Assembly (NCBI RefSeq): GCF_001194135.2
Contig: NC_068991.1
Span: 80,053,929 to 80,097,573, forward strand
Length of the DNA: 43,645 nt
Reading direction: 5' to 3'
From: Octopus bimaculoides
Lineage: Eukaryota
Positions 1 to 25,454 of the stretch are shown here, in pieces. Each line of letters starts with the position of its first letter. Position 1 is the stretch's first letter. The notes beneath the pieces were generated by a model. It was not told where the DNA came from, searched no databases, and worked only from the letters and a program-made list of their open reading frames with translations. The position numbers and the translations under genes were made by a program.

Positions 1-300
1 TGTGATGAAAAATACTTCTCCAATACCGTTCTAACATCCTCTACAGAATTATATTTTCTCATCCAAATGATTTTGAAAACTGCGGAATAAATGATAACGA
101 GATGGGCCAATGTCCAACAAATATGGTGGGTAGGGCATCGTTCCTCATTCAAAGTGCTCCAGCCTTTGGAATGTCATCCTCTCAATATCTGGCCGAGCAT
201 TATCCTGATGGAAGAACACTTTTTGTCTTGAAACCAAAGATAATTGTTTTTCTGTAAAATCTTATCATACTGCATTGACTCATCTTCCAAATCTCTGCAG
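1..300 (-). mobile_element. Degenerate mariner transposase fragment (catalytic domain)
   Basis: Minus strand reads RQKVFFHQDNARP...PYPPYLLDIGPSRYHLFRSFQNHLD, matching mariner HDNARPH and YSPDLAPSDYHLF motifs, with stops and a frameshift. Confidence 0.85.
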
Positions 301-359
301 GTGTAAATCTATGCAAGGATTAAGGTGAAACAGCAAGAAAAGCAACAAGGTTTACTTAC

Positions 360-484
360 TCTTGGAGGAAACTCTCAATATCTGTTGCAAAAAAATCTTC
401 ACCAAACTCCTTACTGAGTGCAATGAAGTTGCCAATCATTTCTCCACCTTTGTATATCAGTAGTGCAGGGACTCCCTCTGTGGA
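360..484 (-). CDS. PDCL: PDCL coding exon 6 (STEGVPALLIYKGG...ESFLQ)
   Basis: TTTAG acceptor, GTAAGT donor at 359, 125 nt. Confidence 0.95.
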
Positions 485-3400
485 CTAAATATAGGAGACA
501 AAGTGAGAAAGAGAGCGAGAGATCAGCAATGCAATTGGTTTTATGAATTAAATGGGAGAGAGAAAGGGATGGGGGAAAGAGAAAGAAAGAAAACAGTAAT
601 GTAGGTATTCTTGTGAAGTAAACGATCAGAGAAAGAGAGAGAAATAAAGAGAGAGAGAGAAATCAGTAATGGTGGTACTCCATTTGTAGACTGAATGGAG
701 AAAAGAGAGTGAGAGATCAAGAATGATACAGGGACACATTCTGGGGGTTTAAATGGTGAAGTATTTCAGCCAGGTAGAGTAACAGTTTTACTTTACATTC
801 ACATTATCACATTATCAAAATACTAAGAACTGACAGCTTTCAACTTACAAATCTGCGGCTTAGTTTAGCATCTCTGGCACTGATTCGACAGAATTTGATG
901 GTTGGATACTCCTGCGACAGACATAACAAGCAGCCATCCATAGCTTCACAAGCTTCATTATTCTGAAAAAAAGAAATAAATATATGTAAACTCAGAAGAG
1001 GAATTGTGAAGAGGAATATGAGAACATGAGAGGGATTATCTATCTTTAACACTTGGTGTTGTGTAGGAAGCTGTCCACAGACACTATACCACAACAAATG
1101 GATTTCATATATATATATATATGTAATAGTTGCATGGTTTCAACACCACACAACTGAAAACTGTGATATCATTGTTATGCATGTATTTTACATCTTCATT
1201 GTTTTAATGTCCACTTTCCCATGCTTGCATGGGCTAGAGGAATTCACTGAGGCAGATTTTCCACAGCTGGATGCTCTTCTTGTCCCAACCTTCACCAGTT
1301 TCCTGGCAAGGTAATATTTCTTCAAGGCCAGACATGTTTTCATGAAAGACTGGAAACGAATGACACAGTTGGTGTAATAGTGACATTCCTTCACAGCTAT
1401 TTCACTAAAAGTAAAGACGAGGAGACACAAAACACTCATACAAGCAGCTGCCTTTCTCTCTGCTTAAGACCCATTCAATTTAAGGGTCTTGTCTTTTGAG
1501 TTACTTGGTGACATCATGAATGCTGGTGCCACAAAGAAAAAGCACCCAGTACATTTTGTAAAGTGGTTGGCATTAGGAAGGGCATCCAACAGCAGAAATC
1601 ATGGCAAATACAGTTCTCTGGTTCATCAGATCCTGTTGAACCGTCCAACCCATGCAGGCATAGAAGACAAACATTAAATGAAGACAAACATGATGATAAT
1701 CATCATATGTCTATTTATACACACATACAATGGACTTCTTTCAGTTTCCAGCAAACTAAATCCACTCAGAAGGCTTTGGTTGGCCCAGGGATGACACCTT
1801 CACAAGGTGGCACATTGTGGGGCTGAACCCAAAGTCGTTACTAAATGGTTAAGTCACTCTAACCGTCCCGTGCTTGAATGGTGAATTATTCAATTGACTC
1901 AAGAGTGAAAGAAACGGATTCCCTGTCAATTGAAAGGGAAGTAACTAGATATTAATCTGAAGATTCCGCTACCCTTTAATTTTAATCAAGCAATAACATT
2001 CATTTCTTATATTGAAAGACGGCTACACATTTCCGATAAAGAAACAGACAAACAAATCGACTGGTTGTTTATTTTATCGAACTTCAGAATAAGAAAAATA
2101 ATAAATGGCAAAGGTCGTTTTGGCGGGATTAGAGCACGAAGTTTGAAAGTAAATAATGAAAAGCGGCCAGGCATTCTGCGATGTTGGTTAACTGATTCCG
2201 CTCGTGACAATCGTTAATTAGAGTAATAATACTAATACTATCATTCCATTACACAGTCAGGCGCTACCTGCGATATGATATATTATGTATTTATTGATCT
2301 GTGGGTGAGATACGGTTCTTCCAGCGTTACTCAACGAGAGAACTTAACAAGAAAACACATGAAGGGAAGTAACTCAAGAGAGTCTAAAGTGTGAACCTTT
2401 TCACTGATGGAAATTTCTCCACGCAGTCACTCATCATGCTAGGAATAACAGCTTAATCTCCCTCATCTTACACACTTACTGTCCTAATCCTGGAGCGTTA
2501 GTACTCCCAGACAAAATATTTTCACAAAGGTAGAATAGGCACGGCTTCAATCATCGTCTGCTCGATGAGGACTGACCTGGACTAACGAACATCATCAGTA
2601 TATAAATGTCCAAACGAAGGACCCAAATACTTCACCCTTCATCTGATTTAGCATATTTCTTAATTAAACATCAGCGAGTCCCAAATCTTACCATTTTCAG
2701 TTTTATCCAATATATAGAAAGAAAATCAAAGAGTGCAAAGGAACGCAAACTAGATTCAAAGAAAACTTGTGATATTTTGCACAAAAAAGTAACTCATTCC
2801 GCTGCATGCATGGCTGTGCAGTTAAGAAGTTCAGATCTTTGAGCTTCGAGTTTCAGTTCCATAGCTTGGTGTCATGAGCAAGTGACTTCTGCTAAAGCCC
2901 TAAGCCAATAATTAATAAGATGGAGGATGACATTGACAGGCAGAAACTATGCAGAAGCCTGCATAGTTGTGTTCTATAAGTAAAAGAGTTGTAATAGATC
3001 AAAGAATTTACTTACATTTTCAAATATATGTACAATGATGGTGACATTGGGATTCTCCTTATCGATAGAATCTACAAAATTATTTGATGCCAAGTTGATT
3101 ACTTTTCCAAACTTTGGTCTATAGTGAAAGAGAGGGACGAAAAAAATTGTGATTAAATAATTAGAGAAGCTGTATATGAGTAATGCATAAATATATATTT
3201 ATTTAGATTTATTTAATGAATTAATACAGTGTATAATACGTGTAGAGTTTCTAGAGAAAGTTTACCTCTTAGGGACAGGAAAGATTATCAGGAGGGCCTT
3301 AAGCACTTGAAAAACTACTGAAAACTAGTGGATACCTAAGGTTACAGGTAGTAACCCGTTACCCACATAAATTCTACCAGGAATAAGATTGAACCTGAGT

Positions 3401-6400
3401 CAAATCAATAACAATCCTTTCTATTATAAGCACGAGGCCTGGATTTTGTGGGGAGGGGGACAGTTGATCACACCGTCCCCAGTACTTAACTGGTACTTGA
3501 TTTATTGACCCTGAAAGGATGAAAGGCAAAGTCAACTTAAGCGGAATTTGAACTCAGAACATAGCCAGATCACTGCTTTAATAATAAGAAGAAGAATGGT
3601 TTCAAATTTTGGTACAGGGCCAGCAATTTTAGGGAAGGAGATAAGTTGATCACATCAACCCCCAACTGGTCAACTGGAACTTATTGGCCCCAAGAGGATG
3701 AAAAACAAATTGAACCATGGAATAATTTGAAATTAGAAGGTAGAGAGATGGAAGAAATATGACTAAGCATTATGTCAGCCATACTAACAATTCAACCAAT
3801 AATAATAATAATAATAATGAGTTTTAATAACGAGCACAAGTTCTCAAAATTGCAAAATGGTTATCCATAATTTATTTTTATTTCAGCTGTTATTTATTTT
3901 ACCAAATTCCATAAACATGAATGATAATATAAGTTAGAAGACAATAATAGACTCACATGTTATCTAGTTGTTTCCTCATTTCCTCTAACCTTCTTCTGCG
4001 ATACTCTTTGATAAACTCATCCTCTAACTCTTCCAGTTCTTTCTCAATATCTTGCATGAATCTATTATCCTTCTCTTCCTCTTTCTCATCATCAAGCTAA
4101 AGAATAAAATACATACATATTTCATTTAAATGGCTCTGAGAAAGTTATAATGAAGTTGCGCAAGCACTCGACTTTGAATGCATTGATTCTTAGAGCAGAA
4201 ACAGCTGTAAGCTAATGGAAGTGATTATGTCCCTCCTGTTCTTTTGTCATTCATTAACTGATATTATGCTCTGTACTTATTTGATGATTTACTCAAAAAC
4301 AATTATTCTGAATTCAAACGTCTGGTTATTAGTATCCCTATAGCTTAGTGAAATCATTAAAAGCTCAATTAACAACACATGATAAAACTATAACACATTA
4401 ATACAATGCTATAAATCCAAGAGGCACAAACTGGCATGAACCTACAGAATCAACAAAAGCAATTGTTGAGAGTAAAACCTTTAAAATAAAAAGAGCATAA
4501 ATTTCGCATTTTGTTCATAATTCAGATGAGCTCCATACTTGTTTCATTGACAATAAACATCATTGTTTATATAATTTAGATATATAATTAATTAGTTTCA
4601 AACTCATAGCAATCAAGAAACAGTTACTAATTTAAATGCAAATGAGAGGCACATGTATTCCCAACAAATGTCCTGGAGTTTAGTTATTCATTTGAAGAGG
4701 ATGATTGTCATATATTCCCCCAAACTATATCAATAATTTTGCTTGAATCTATGTTGCCTTACAGTTCTTCATCCTGGGCCCTAAGCAAAACTATACTGGA
4801 TAGCACCTACACACATGTGTCATAGCCTCCTGAATATAACCAGGAGAGAACATCTGACCAAAGAGAGGCTGTTTCATAAGCTTCTTAATATATCCGACAC
4901 CATTAGTAAGAAGAATTTGGTTTGGTAGACATTGTTAAATGAGGAGCTTTCTTGGGACACCTCAACAAGGCTGTAAGGACATTGGTCCTTCTGTGAATTA
5001 TTAAACAGATGACATTGAATGTTACTGACAGAAAGTGTCACATGAAAGGTCGATGGATGGGAAACCAGGGCCATGTGAATCTAAGTAGGCTTGACCTGAC
5101 GTTGATGACACTGACAGCTCTGTGTGGTGTCTCAATATGCTAGATATGACAACTAAAATCTCTGCTAAAAAGACAATTCCTAAAATAAAGACAAAAAGAT
5201 AGAAAGCATTTAATCACCAATCATCTCGATTGGGGCCGACTGAGAGCTAAATATCAAGCACAATAATAATAGTCTCCAGCTAATCCCACCTGACCTGCTA
5301 AAAACAGAGTTAAAAGAACAGCATATGAGTGAGTAAAAAGTGGAATATGTAGCTTAACTATTTCATATCAATCAATTGGGAGAATCTTATTTTCAGTGAA
5401 GGATGTGTGTAGATGTGGATGTGGAACTGCATCGTCCTAGATGTGGAAACAGTAATTTCATATGAAACTCACTTGAGCTTTGTCAAAATGGTTAGTAGAT
5501 GTGCCTCATACTTACATGAGACCTGCAGGTCAAGGTGAGTTTCTTGGCCAACGCATGCCTCTCGCGTTCCTGCTCATGCCTTTTCTCGGTCTCCAGCTTT
5601 TTAAATTGACGCCAATCATTGATGACTCCTTTCACACCTGTCTGAATAGAGGAAGGTGAAAGGGAAAAAAAGAATGGGAAATGGTTAAATACTAAAACAA
5701 TACAAAAGATGGGCTTTCGATTAACCAAGGAATAATTCTTTTAAATTTTGACCAGCTATTTTGAAGGGAGGGTACAAGTTGATTACATTGAGCCTAACAC
5801 TTGACTGGAACTTATTTTAGACATCCTGAAATGGTGACGGGCAAAGTTGACCAAATAATCTTGTTTTAGAGGAAACCACATTTTACAAGTGGAAAATACA
5901 CAAATTTATGGAAACTATTTTCATTTCTCTCTTCCCAGTTTCTCCCATCAACCTTTATATAATGTTTATCCAAAGAAGCAACAAACCTTTTTTGTCATTC
6001 TATTATACATCAACATCTAGCATAAAACTGCCTCCTTCTCTTTCATATTTCCATTTAAGAAATGTGCATTATCTTTGTGACCATCTAATATTTTCTCATT
6101 TTTTTAGAACAACCCAGAAATAATAATATTTATTATTTTAAGTAATTCTTTCTAAAAGACATCCCCTTAATTTGAAACCAGTTTGGTAAGTGCTATGCAC
6201 AAAACTCTCAGCCCTTAAGTCATTTGTTTCTGCCAATTAAAATCAAAATCATACATCCATAGATGCAGGCATCAATGGATGTCAATATTCAGTCTTATTT
6301 CAAAATTTCTTGCCAATAGAGTGAGTATGTATGTATATATATGGATGGATGGTTGGATGGATTGAAGTATATATATACACACACAAACACATATACATGT

Positions 6401-7089
6401 ACTCTGTTTCTCTTTCTCACTCACACACACACAACACACATTGTCATCATTTAAATCCATATTTCATGGTGGTGTGGGATGGATAATTTGACAGCCTGAC
6501 GGCTGAGTGCATCTCGAATGTCTGCTTTGACATGGTCTTCCGTGGTTGGATGCCCGACCAAATACCAACCCCTTTACAGAGTGCTCTGGGTCTTTTTTCT
6601 CCTTTTGTGTTACCAACACCAGTGAGATCACCAAGAGACTCCACAAGACAAGATGAGAGTGCAGTATTGAGGACGGTGGCTCTGCACAAGGTATAGGCTG
6701 GAGAGGAAATGGTGTCCTGCTACAGAAGAGATCCATGGCTACCCCAATATGAAATGGAGAAAGGATGGTGAAGATGAGGTATGAGAATGTACCATCAATG
6801 TAGAGGTGAGTGGATAGAAAGAGATAGAGTAGAAGCAAAGAATCAAGTATGCCTGGGTGGGTGGGTAAGCAGGTTTGTGAGAGTATAAATAAGATATCCT
6901 TACATTTGTACATGTTCCTTCATATTCTTTAATCTCTGGTTCAGGAATAAAAGTAGGTTCACGAATCGATTTCTTTGTTCCTGCATCGTCGTCTCCTAGA
7001 TCATTCTCTTCTTCTTCTTCCTCTTCACTACTACTACAGTAATAATGTGTTTTCTCTCCCAGAAGTTTATCATCTAGCGTTAGCGACAT
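360..7089 (-). CDS. PDCL: Phosducin-like protein 1 (PhLP1), spliced, 3' incomplete. Coding exons 7089-6904, 5641-5516, 4096-3957, 3118-3016, 962-849, 484-360.
   Basis: Six GT-AG exons join in frame (794 nt). The protein has the N-terminal YYCSSSEEEE acidic/CK2 segment, the TGVKGVINDWR helix (canonical TGPKGVINDWR), CRSHLDDE, and the thioredoxin-fold segments PKFGKV..IIVHIFE, EYPTIKFCRI and GVPALLIYKGGEMIGNF..DIESFLQ. The final exon lies left of position 1. Confidence 0.96.
456..760 (-). repeat. Degenerate tandem array (5 units, 54-70 bp) derived from the PDCL exon 6 acceptor junction
   Basis: Units start at 456, 522, ~592, 662 and 716 with ATCAG(T/C)A(G/A)TG. Unit 1 is the real exon start. 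Confidence 0.75.
849..962 (-). CDS. PDCL: PDCL coding exon 5 (NNEACEAM...KLSRRF)
   Basis: TTTTCAG acceptor, GTAAGT donor, 114 nt. Confidence 0.95.
3016..3118 (-). CDS. PDCL: PDCL coding exon 4 (PKFGKV...IVHIFEN)
   Basis: TAG acceptor, GTAAGT donor, 103 nt; start of the thioredoxin-like domain. Confidence 0.94.
3420..3815 (-). mobile_element. Two tandem partial SINE copies (family of 38395), reverse
   Basis: CCCCAGTACTTAACTGGTACTT..GAAAGGATGAAAGGCAAAGTC..GAATTTGAACTCAGAAC, followed by a second decayed copy. Confidence 0.7.
3957..4096 (-). CDS. PDCL: PDCL coding exon 3 (LDDEKEEE...RKQLDN)
   Basis: TTAG acceptor, GTGAGT donor, 140 nt; phase matches both neighbours. Confidence 0.94.
5516..5641 (-). 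CDS. PDCL: PDCL coding exon 2 (TGVKGVINDWR...TCRSH, 42 codons)
   Basis: TTCAG acceptor, GTAAGT donor, phosducin helix-1 motif. Confidence 0.96.
6904..7089 (-). CDS. PDCL: PDCL coding exon 1 (MSLTLDDKLL...EGTCTN, 62 codons)
   Basis: CAG acceptor at 7104-7102, ATG at 7089, GTAAGG donor from 6903. Confidence 0.93.
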
Positions 7090-7242
7090 ATTGAGAAATA
7101 TCTGCAACATTAAAAAAAAAAAAACAATTAGAATTATTCATTGAAATTTTCATGAGACAGCCAGATATAATTTCCTGTCATCAATCCACACTTGGTTCCA
7201 AGCAAGATAATATTGCCCCACAGCCAGCACCATCCAAATGTG

Positions 7243-7526
7243 GCCGAGACCAGCACTGCCTTGACTGGCTTCCGTGCCGGTGGCACGTAGAAAGCACCAA
7301 CCGATCGTGGCTATTGCCAGCCTCCTCTGGCCCCTGTACCAGTGGCAGGTAAAAAGCACCCACCACACTCAAGGAGTGGTTGGCCTTAGGAAGGGCATCC
7401 AGCTGTAGAAACTCTGCCAGATCAGATTGGGACCTAGGGCAGCCTCCTGGCTTCCCAGACCCCAGTCGAACCTTCCAACCCATGCTAGCATGGAACACGG
7501 ACGTTAAACGATGATGATGATGATGA
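7243..7526 (+). mobile_element. (GAT)n-tailed interspersed repeat
   Basis: AGGAAGGGCATCCAGCTGTAGAAAC..CCAACCCATGCTAGCATGGAA..GATGATGATG. Further copies at 1520-1700, 6480-6570, 11290-11510 and 18960-19140. Confidence 0.8.
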
Positions 7527-7664
7527 CCAGACATGGTTTCCACAGGAAGCGAGAAAGGAAAAGCACAACTCGAATGAGGGTGATCCTCATTTACAACTTC
7601 ACATAATCTCAAAACAAGGGCACACACAAACATACAAACAGGGCCCACACATTCATATAAATAA

Positions 7665-7775
7665 ATCATCATCATAATTTAACGTCCGTTTTCCATGCTG
7701 GCATGGGTTGGACAATTTGACTGAAGTCTGGAGAGGCAGTGGCTGCACCAAGCTCCAGTCCGAGCAATGTATGTG
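7665..7775 (-). mobile_element. Inverted partial copy of the (GAT)n-tailed repeat
   Basis: ATCATCATC..AACGTCCGTTTTCCATGCTGGCATGGGTTGG. Further reverse copies at 18507-18740, 19245-19370 and 23925-24160. Confidence 0.8.
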
Positions 7776-8999
7776 TTTATGAGCAAAACACCTAAGTTCC
7801 ACGTGCATCCAGCAGAAGATAATGGCAAACTGCTGACACTTTCAGCACAGCTGTCTGCCACTCTTTGTTCCTGCATCTAACAGCTCATCTGTGACAGACC
7901 AGCATCCTGTTCAGATGGGGAACCTATATGGCAATGAAACCAGGAAACCAGCCCTTATGAGCCAGGCATGGCTCCAGAAGGAATAAACAACAACAACACA
8001 ACCATCAGCTGGCAAACTGAGCCTGCTTTTCTTTTGGAATATTCACTGTTTCAATCTTTTTTTGAAATATGAAACAAATATGAAAGATAACAAGGGACCA
8101 AGATTTGTGGTGATTTGCTGTATTTGAGAAGACATGTAGAGCTAATTAAACTGTGGACATCCATACATACAGGCATGTCCTTTATGGCCATGCCCCACCC
8201 CACTCCCAGCTGAAGGGTCAATGTTTTGCAGGTGCTGGTGCCACATAAATGCACCTCAGCTGCTGTCGTGTAGTAATCTACGACGCTTAAAACACAGATC
8301 GGAAGAAATTAGGATAGTGAAATCACACGTGAGTATTTCCAACTCTCTGGGAATGTCTATTACGAGATTCCTTCGGAGATGGTAACGTAGGTCTCTACTG
8401 AGACTTTTTCCAATCGGCACAAGATACCAGAAATTATTCAGAAGACGAACTAGGAGATCGGGACACTCATACAATTGTGCACAACATCAACTAGAAGTAT
8501 AGTTATGCAAGCCGCAAAAAAACCCTCTAAGTAGTTATTTGACCTGTTAGAATTAGCAGCCGAATGTCCTTCATATTCCATCCTACCCTTTTAACAAAGA
8601 AAGCACACGGTGCGTCAATTCATAAATTGTGACGAGAAGGCATAAAAATATGTCGGAATGACTACAGCTGGATCGTATTTTAATAATGTGGAACCAAACA
8701 ACACTAACCGCAAGATTGTGTGTTACTTAGGCAGCAATCTTGATGGAACGGGGGTAAGTCCACACATTTGATCTCAGTACGTGACTGGCACTTTATTTTA
8801 TCGATTCCTACAGGCTGAAAAGCTAGCTTGATCGCGACAAAATAGAGTAGTTACAACATTAATAACATGCATATCAGAATGCTAAATAAAGATTTTGATG
8901 CAAATATTCGCTCTTTTAGAAATCAAATAATTTTACATTTAAAATCAATTGTTAAAAATTAATAACACAGGTCGCTGGTTGATACTTTGGCGATCTTAC

Positions 9000-9250
9000 G
9001 GTAGCAGTCCAAGGATCGGACCGATTCTTTCGAGAAAACGTGTTGCTAAAAGGAATTCTCTGTTTTGTGGTGTGGATCTGAATGAATTTAATAATTTTAA
9101 ATTCGAAGAAATCGACGATCGAATGATCGCCCGAAAACGAAATTGAAAATGGAAAAAAAGGAGACGATGATAACATATAATAAATATTACATACAATGAA
9201 AGGAATGAAGCTGTCAAAGTGGGAAGGATTCGGTCAAACGGAAAGTACAA
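9000..9250 (-). other. PDCL: Possible non-coding first exon of PDCL
   Basis: Minus-strand GTAAGA donor at 8999 inside the CpG island. Coding exon 1 has an acceptor 12 nt upstream of its ATG, so an upstream UTR exon is needed. The 5' limit is a guess. Confidence 0.45.
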
Positions 9251-9460
9251 GTGGAGAATGTTTATAAGGTGGACGCCTCACTTCCTGTTAGCAGAGTGAT
9301 ATCTATTTCCGGTTCCGGAATAGTAATCTTGACACTGAGCATGTGCGACGTAGTCTTAACTTCCGGTCCGATCCTCCGGTTCCTCTCTCTTTTTAATTCA
9401 ACAAAAGCAACCAACGTTTTTCTTCTATGAAACCATATTTATTTATTATTTCCTCACAAA
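9240..9460. promoter_or_regulatory. Bidirectional promoter core of PDCL/NAA10 within a CpG-rich island (~8250-10150)
   Basis: Divergent genes. ETS-type motifs CACTTCCTG 9279-9287, TTCCGGTTCCGGAA 9307-9320 and AACTTCCGGT 9358-9367. High CpG density. Confidence 0.75.
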
Positions 9461-22761
<13,301 letters not shown>

Positions 22762-24391
22762 ACGTGACTATTTTAGGTAAGTTTTCCTGTACTTCAACTA
22801 TTACAGATAATCAGTGCTACATACATCATCATCATACATATATGTTAAGCTACATACACACATATGTTGTTGACTTCATAAGAATTTAGAAACTTCAAGA
22901 CAACATGAAATAATTCTTTCTTGGAATGATTAAACTCAAAGCAAATAAAGCTAAAAGATAACAGCATATAAATCTTAACAGTTTTTTTTATTATTCAAAG
23001 CTTTATTTGCTTTGAGTTAAACTGTCCCAAAAAATGAAATATTACGTATGTATATTTCTGTAAATATGTGATCGAAGATGTTTATTACAGTGAGTAATTT
23101 TGAAAACCTGCTGAAGACAGTCACTGAAACGGTGACCCACAAAGTCATGTGGGATTCTAAATAAGGTATTTTCTTCATATACTTTGTTACATGTGGATTT
23201 TTTGTACATGTTTAATTCTGTCATCTTCCATGTAAGATCTCGGGTCTTAGGCTAAATGTGTAATGTTCATGTAGTTATCTTGTAACAAATATTTCCCTTA
23301 GCAGCAAACATGGAGGAATGTATTATACTCCACCTGTGTGTCTATGTATAGATGATGATGATGGCATTTTCTTCATGTCTGAACATAGTGAAGTAGAAGT
23401 GTATGCCCTCAAGTTGCTATGTAAACCAATCCTTGATCCTGCGGAGCTTCTCCTGCCTGTGCTTAATAGTTTTAATGTGAGAGTCGGTCTGTGCAATCCA
23501 GTCCTACTTCTTTAGCCTTGGAGACCTGACCTCCAAAGAACCAGTGGCACAACAGTTTAAGATGGCAGCAGTGACCAACAAGCTACAGGTTTTACAGTGT
23601 AGAGCTCTGCCTACCCTGGAGTTTCTGGAAAGATGTCAAAGCGGACCCTGGACCACCTGTGGGACTCCATTCCTTGATTTGCTGTCTAAGTTGACTCCTT
23701 AAACCCCTAAACCTTTTTCTTTCCCGAGGAACTCGCAAGGCAATGAGGGCTTGTACTTGGATTTTCTTCCATAACATGCTAATTCACCCAAAGCTGGGAC
23801 CATAGTAGGTGCTACTACTCTGGGTCAGAGTAGATTTGGCAACAATAGGGGTTAAGGGGTGCTTCCACACTTGGGTCCCACTACCACTTACAATTTAAGT
23901 CATACCCAGGATGTGTGTGTACATATATCATTGTCATCATCATTTAATGTATGTTGTCCATGCTGGCATAAGTTGGACAAGAAGTTATTCTGGTGGGACG
24001 GAACTTTATATATATATCTGTCCAGCTCCACCCCAGTCAGTGCTACCCATGTCAATGTTATGTTATGGTAGAAGGGATTGAACCTGCATTCGTGTAGTTG
24101 CAAAGGGAAATTCTGAAGCCTACAACCATGTGTATCATCATCGTTGGAAGGCAACCATGCTAACCGTATAGATATATGAATATGAGGCTGTGCATGGGTA
24201 TGTTTGTGTGGCATTTTGTTGTCACCATGCACCGACTGTAATTATTACTATTAAGTGGATGAGAGCAAACAGAATCATTAACATGTCAGTGGCATTTCTT
24301 CTTGCTCATTACATTGTGAGTTCAAATCCTGCTCTGGTCAACTTTTGCCTTTCATCTTTTCATGGCCAATAAGATACATACTTCTGTCAAA

Positions 24392-24425
<34 letters not shown>

Positions 24426-24498
24426 GAATTTATATGAACACTGTTTGCCTTTAATCTTTCTTCATTTTGATGTTTTTTACTTTTAATTTTCTCCACAG

Positions 24499-24660
24499 GT
24501 CCATTCACTTTTTGTTTTCAATTTTTTTATAAATATTTTTTTTTGTCTTCAAATGATGAACGAGAAAATTGGAAGTACTAATTGGTTATTCGGGTATCTC
24601 TGGAATAATTAACAACTGTCCATATGATTGAATCCAATAAAACATTTTAAAGACAATTTC
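24499..24660 (+). other. NAA10: Probable NAA10 3' UTR terminal exon
   Basis: Pyrimidine tract and CCACAG acceptor ending at 24498; AATAAA at 24636-24641. Confidence 0.5.
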
Positions 24661-25019
24661 TGTTCATTTTTTTAAAAAAACATTTCATTTCTATTTCTTT
24701 TAATGCAGAAATAGTTTTTATTTTACAACAATGTATCTATTTATTCCTAATACATCAAGGTAGATGTGACTTCTTATAAACGAGAGCTTATGCCCCTTTC
24801 AGACTCACTGCTCTGGCAGAGTGGCATTGGCTGAGGAGACACACAATGAGGACAATACAGCACAGTGTCTCAAAGTCCTCTTACATCAGTAAATCCTGTG
24901 TTATGAAGAATTACTATTTCAAGGCAACCGTATACTTGCATTCAAATCTACCAAAACATATTAAGAATGAAAAGATACATTATTGTTTCATTTTTCACTC
25001 CATAAATTATATGGTGATT

Positions 25020-25200
25020 ATGTGCATTCCGTAAGTTTCGAAACATTTTGAAGAGAGATCTTTATTAATTTCAAAGAATTACAAAACTAATTTCTTTGAA
25101 AGTAGGATTCTCTCACTTTTGTTTTACTTGCTGAAGTGCTTCAGCCACTTCGTGAAGGTGTCCAGGTCCCTTGTCACAGTTTCATCTTTTGCAGTATCTC
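25020..25200 (-). mobile_element. Tc1/mariner 3' end relic
   Basis: Minus strand reads a decayed KWLKHFSK...ESYF-type C-terminus followed by a TIR-like end. Confidence 0.5.
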
Positions 25201-25454
25201 TGAAATGACTGCTTCTCTGCCATGTGACTAGATTTCACAGACGGAAACTGAAAGAATCTCATCGTATATCATGTCAAAGCTGAGATATTGGGGTAACCCG
25301 TGGTCCTCCACCCTATCAAATCCTTTCCATATCAGGATAGAAAATGGACGTATGATGATGATGATGATGATGATGATGACAGCATATCTGCTGCAATTTT
25401 GGTGCTAAATCAATTTATGGTAATGAAGTCAAAACACATATTTGCTTCATTTTG

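Noticed and set aside
2606-2842. 78-aa plus-strand ORF after TATATAAATG as a nested gene
   Set aside because: The ATG overlaps the TATA-like word, the peptide is unrecognisable, and the upstream sequence is a common repeat fragment.
6739-7110. 123-aa ORF as a standalone gene
   Set aside because: Only 7089-6904 is coding (PDCL exon 1); the rest is intron read-through.
23283-23900. GC-richer block after NAA10 as a separate gene
   Set aside because: No coherent ORF or splice pattern; it looks like a decayed retroelement but I cannot assign it.
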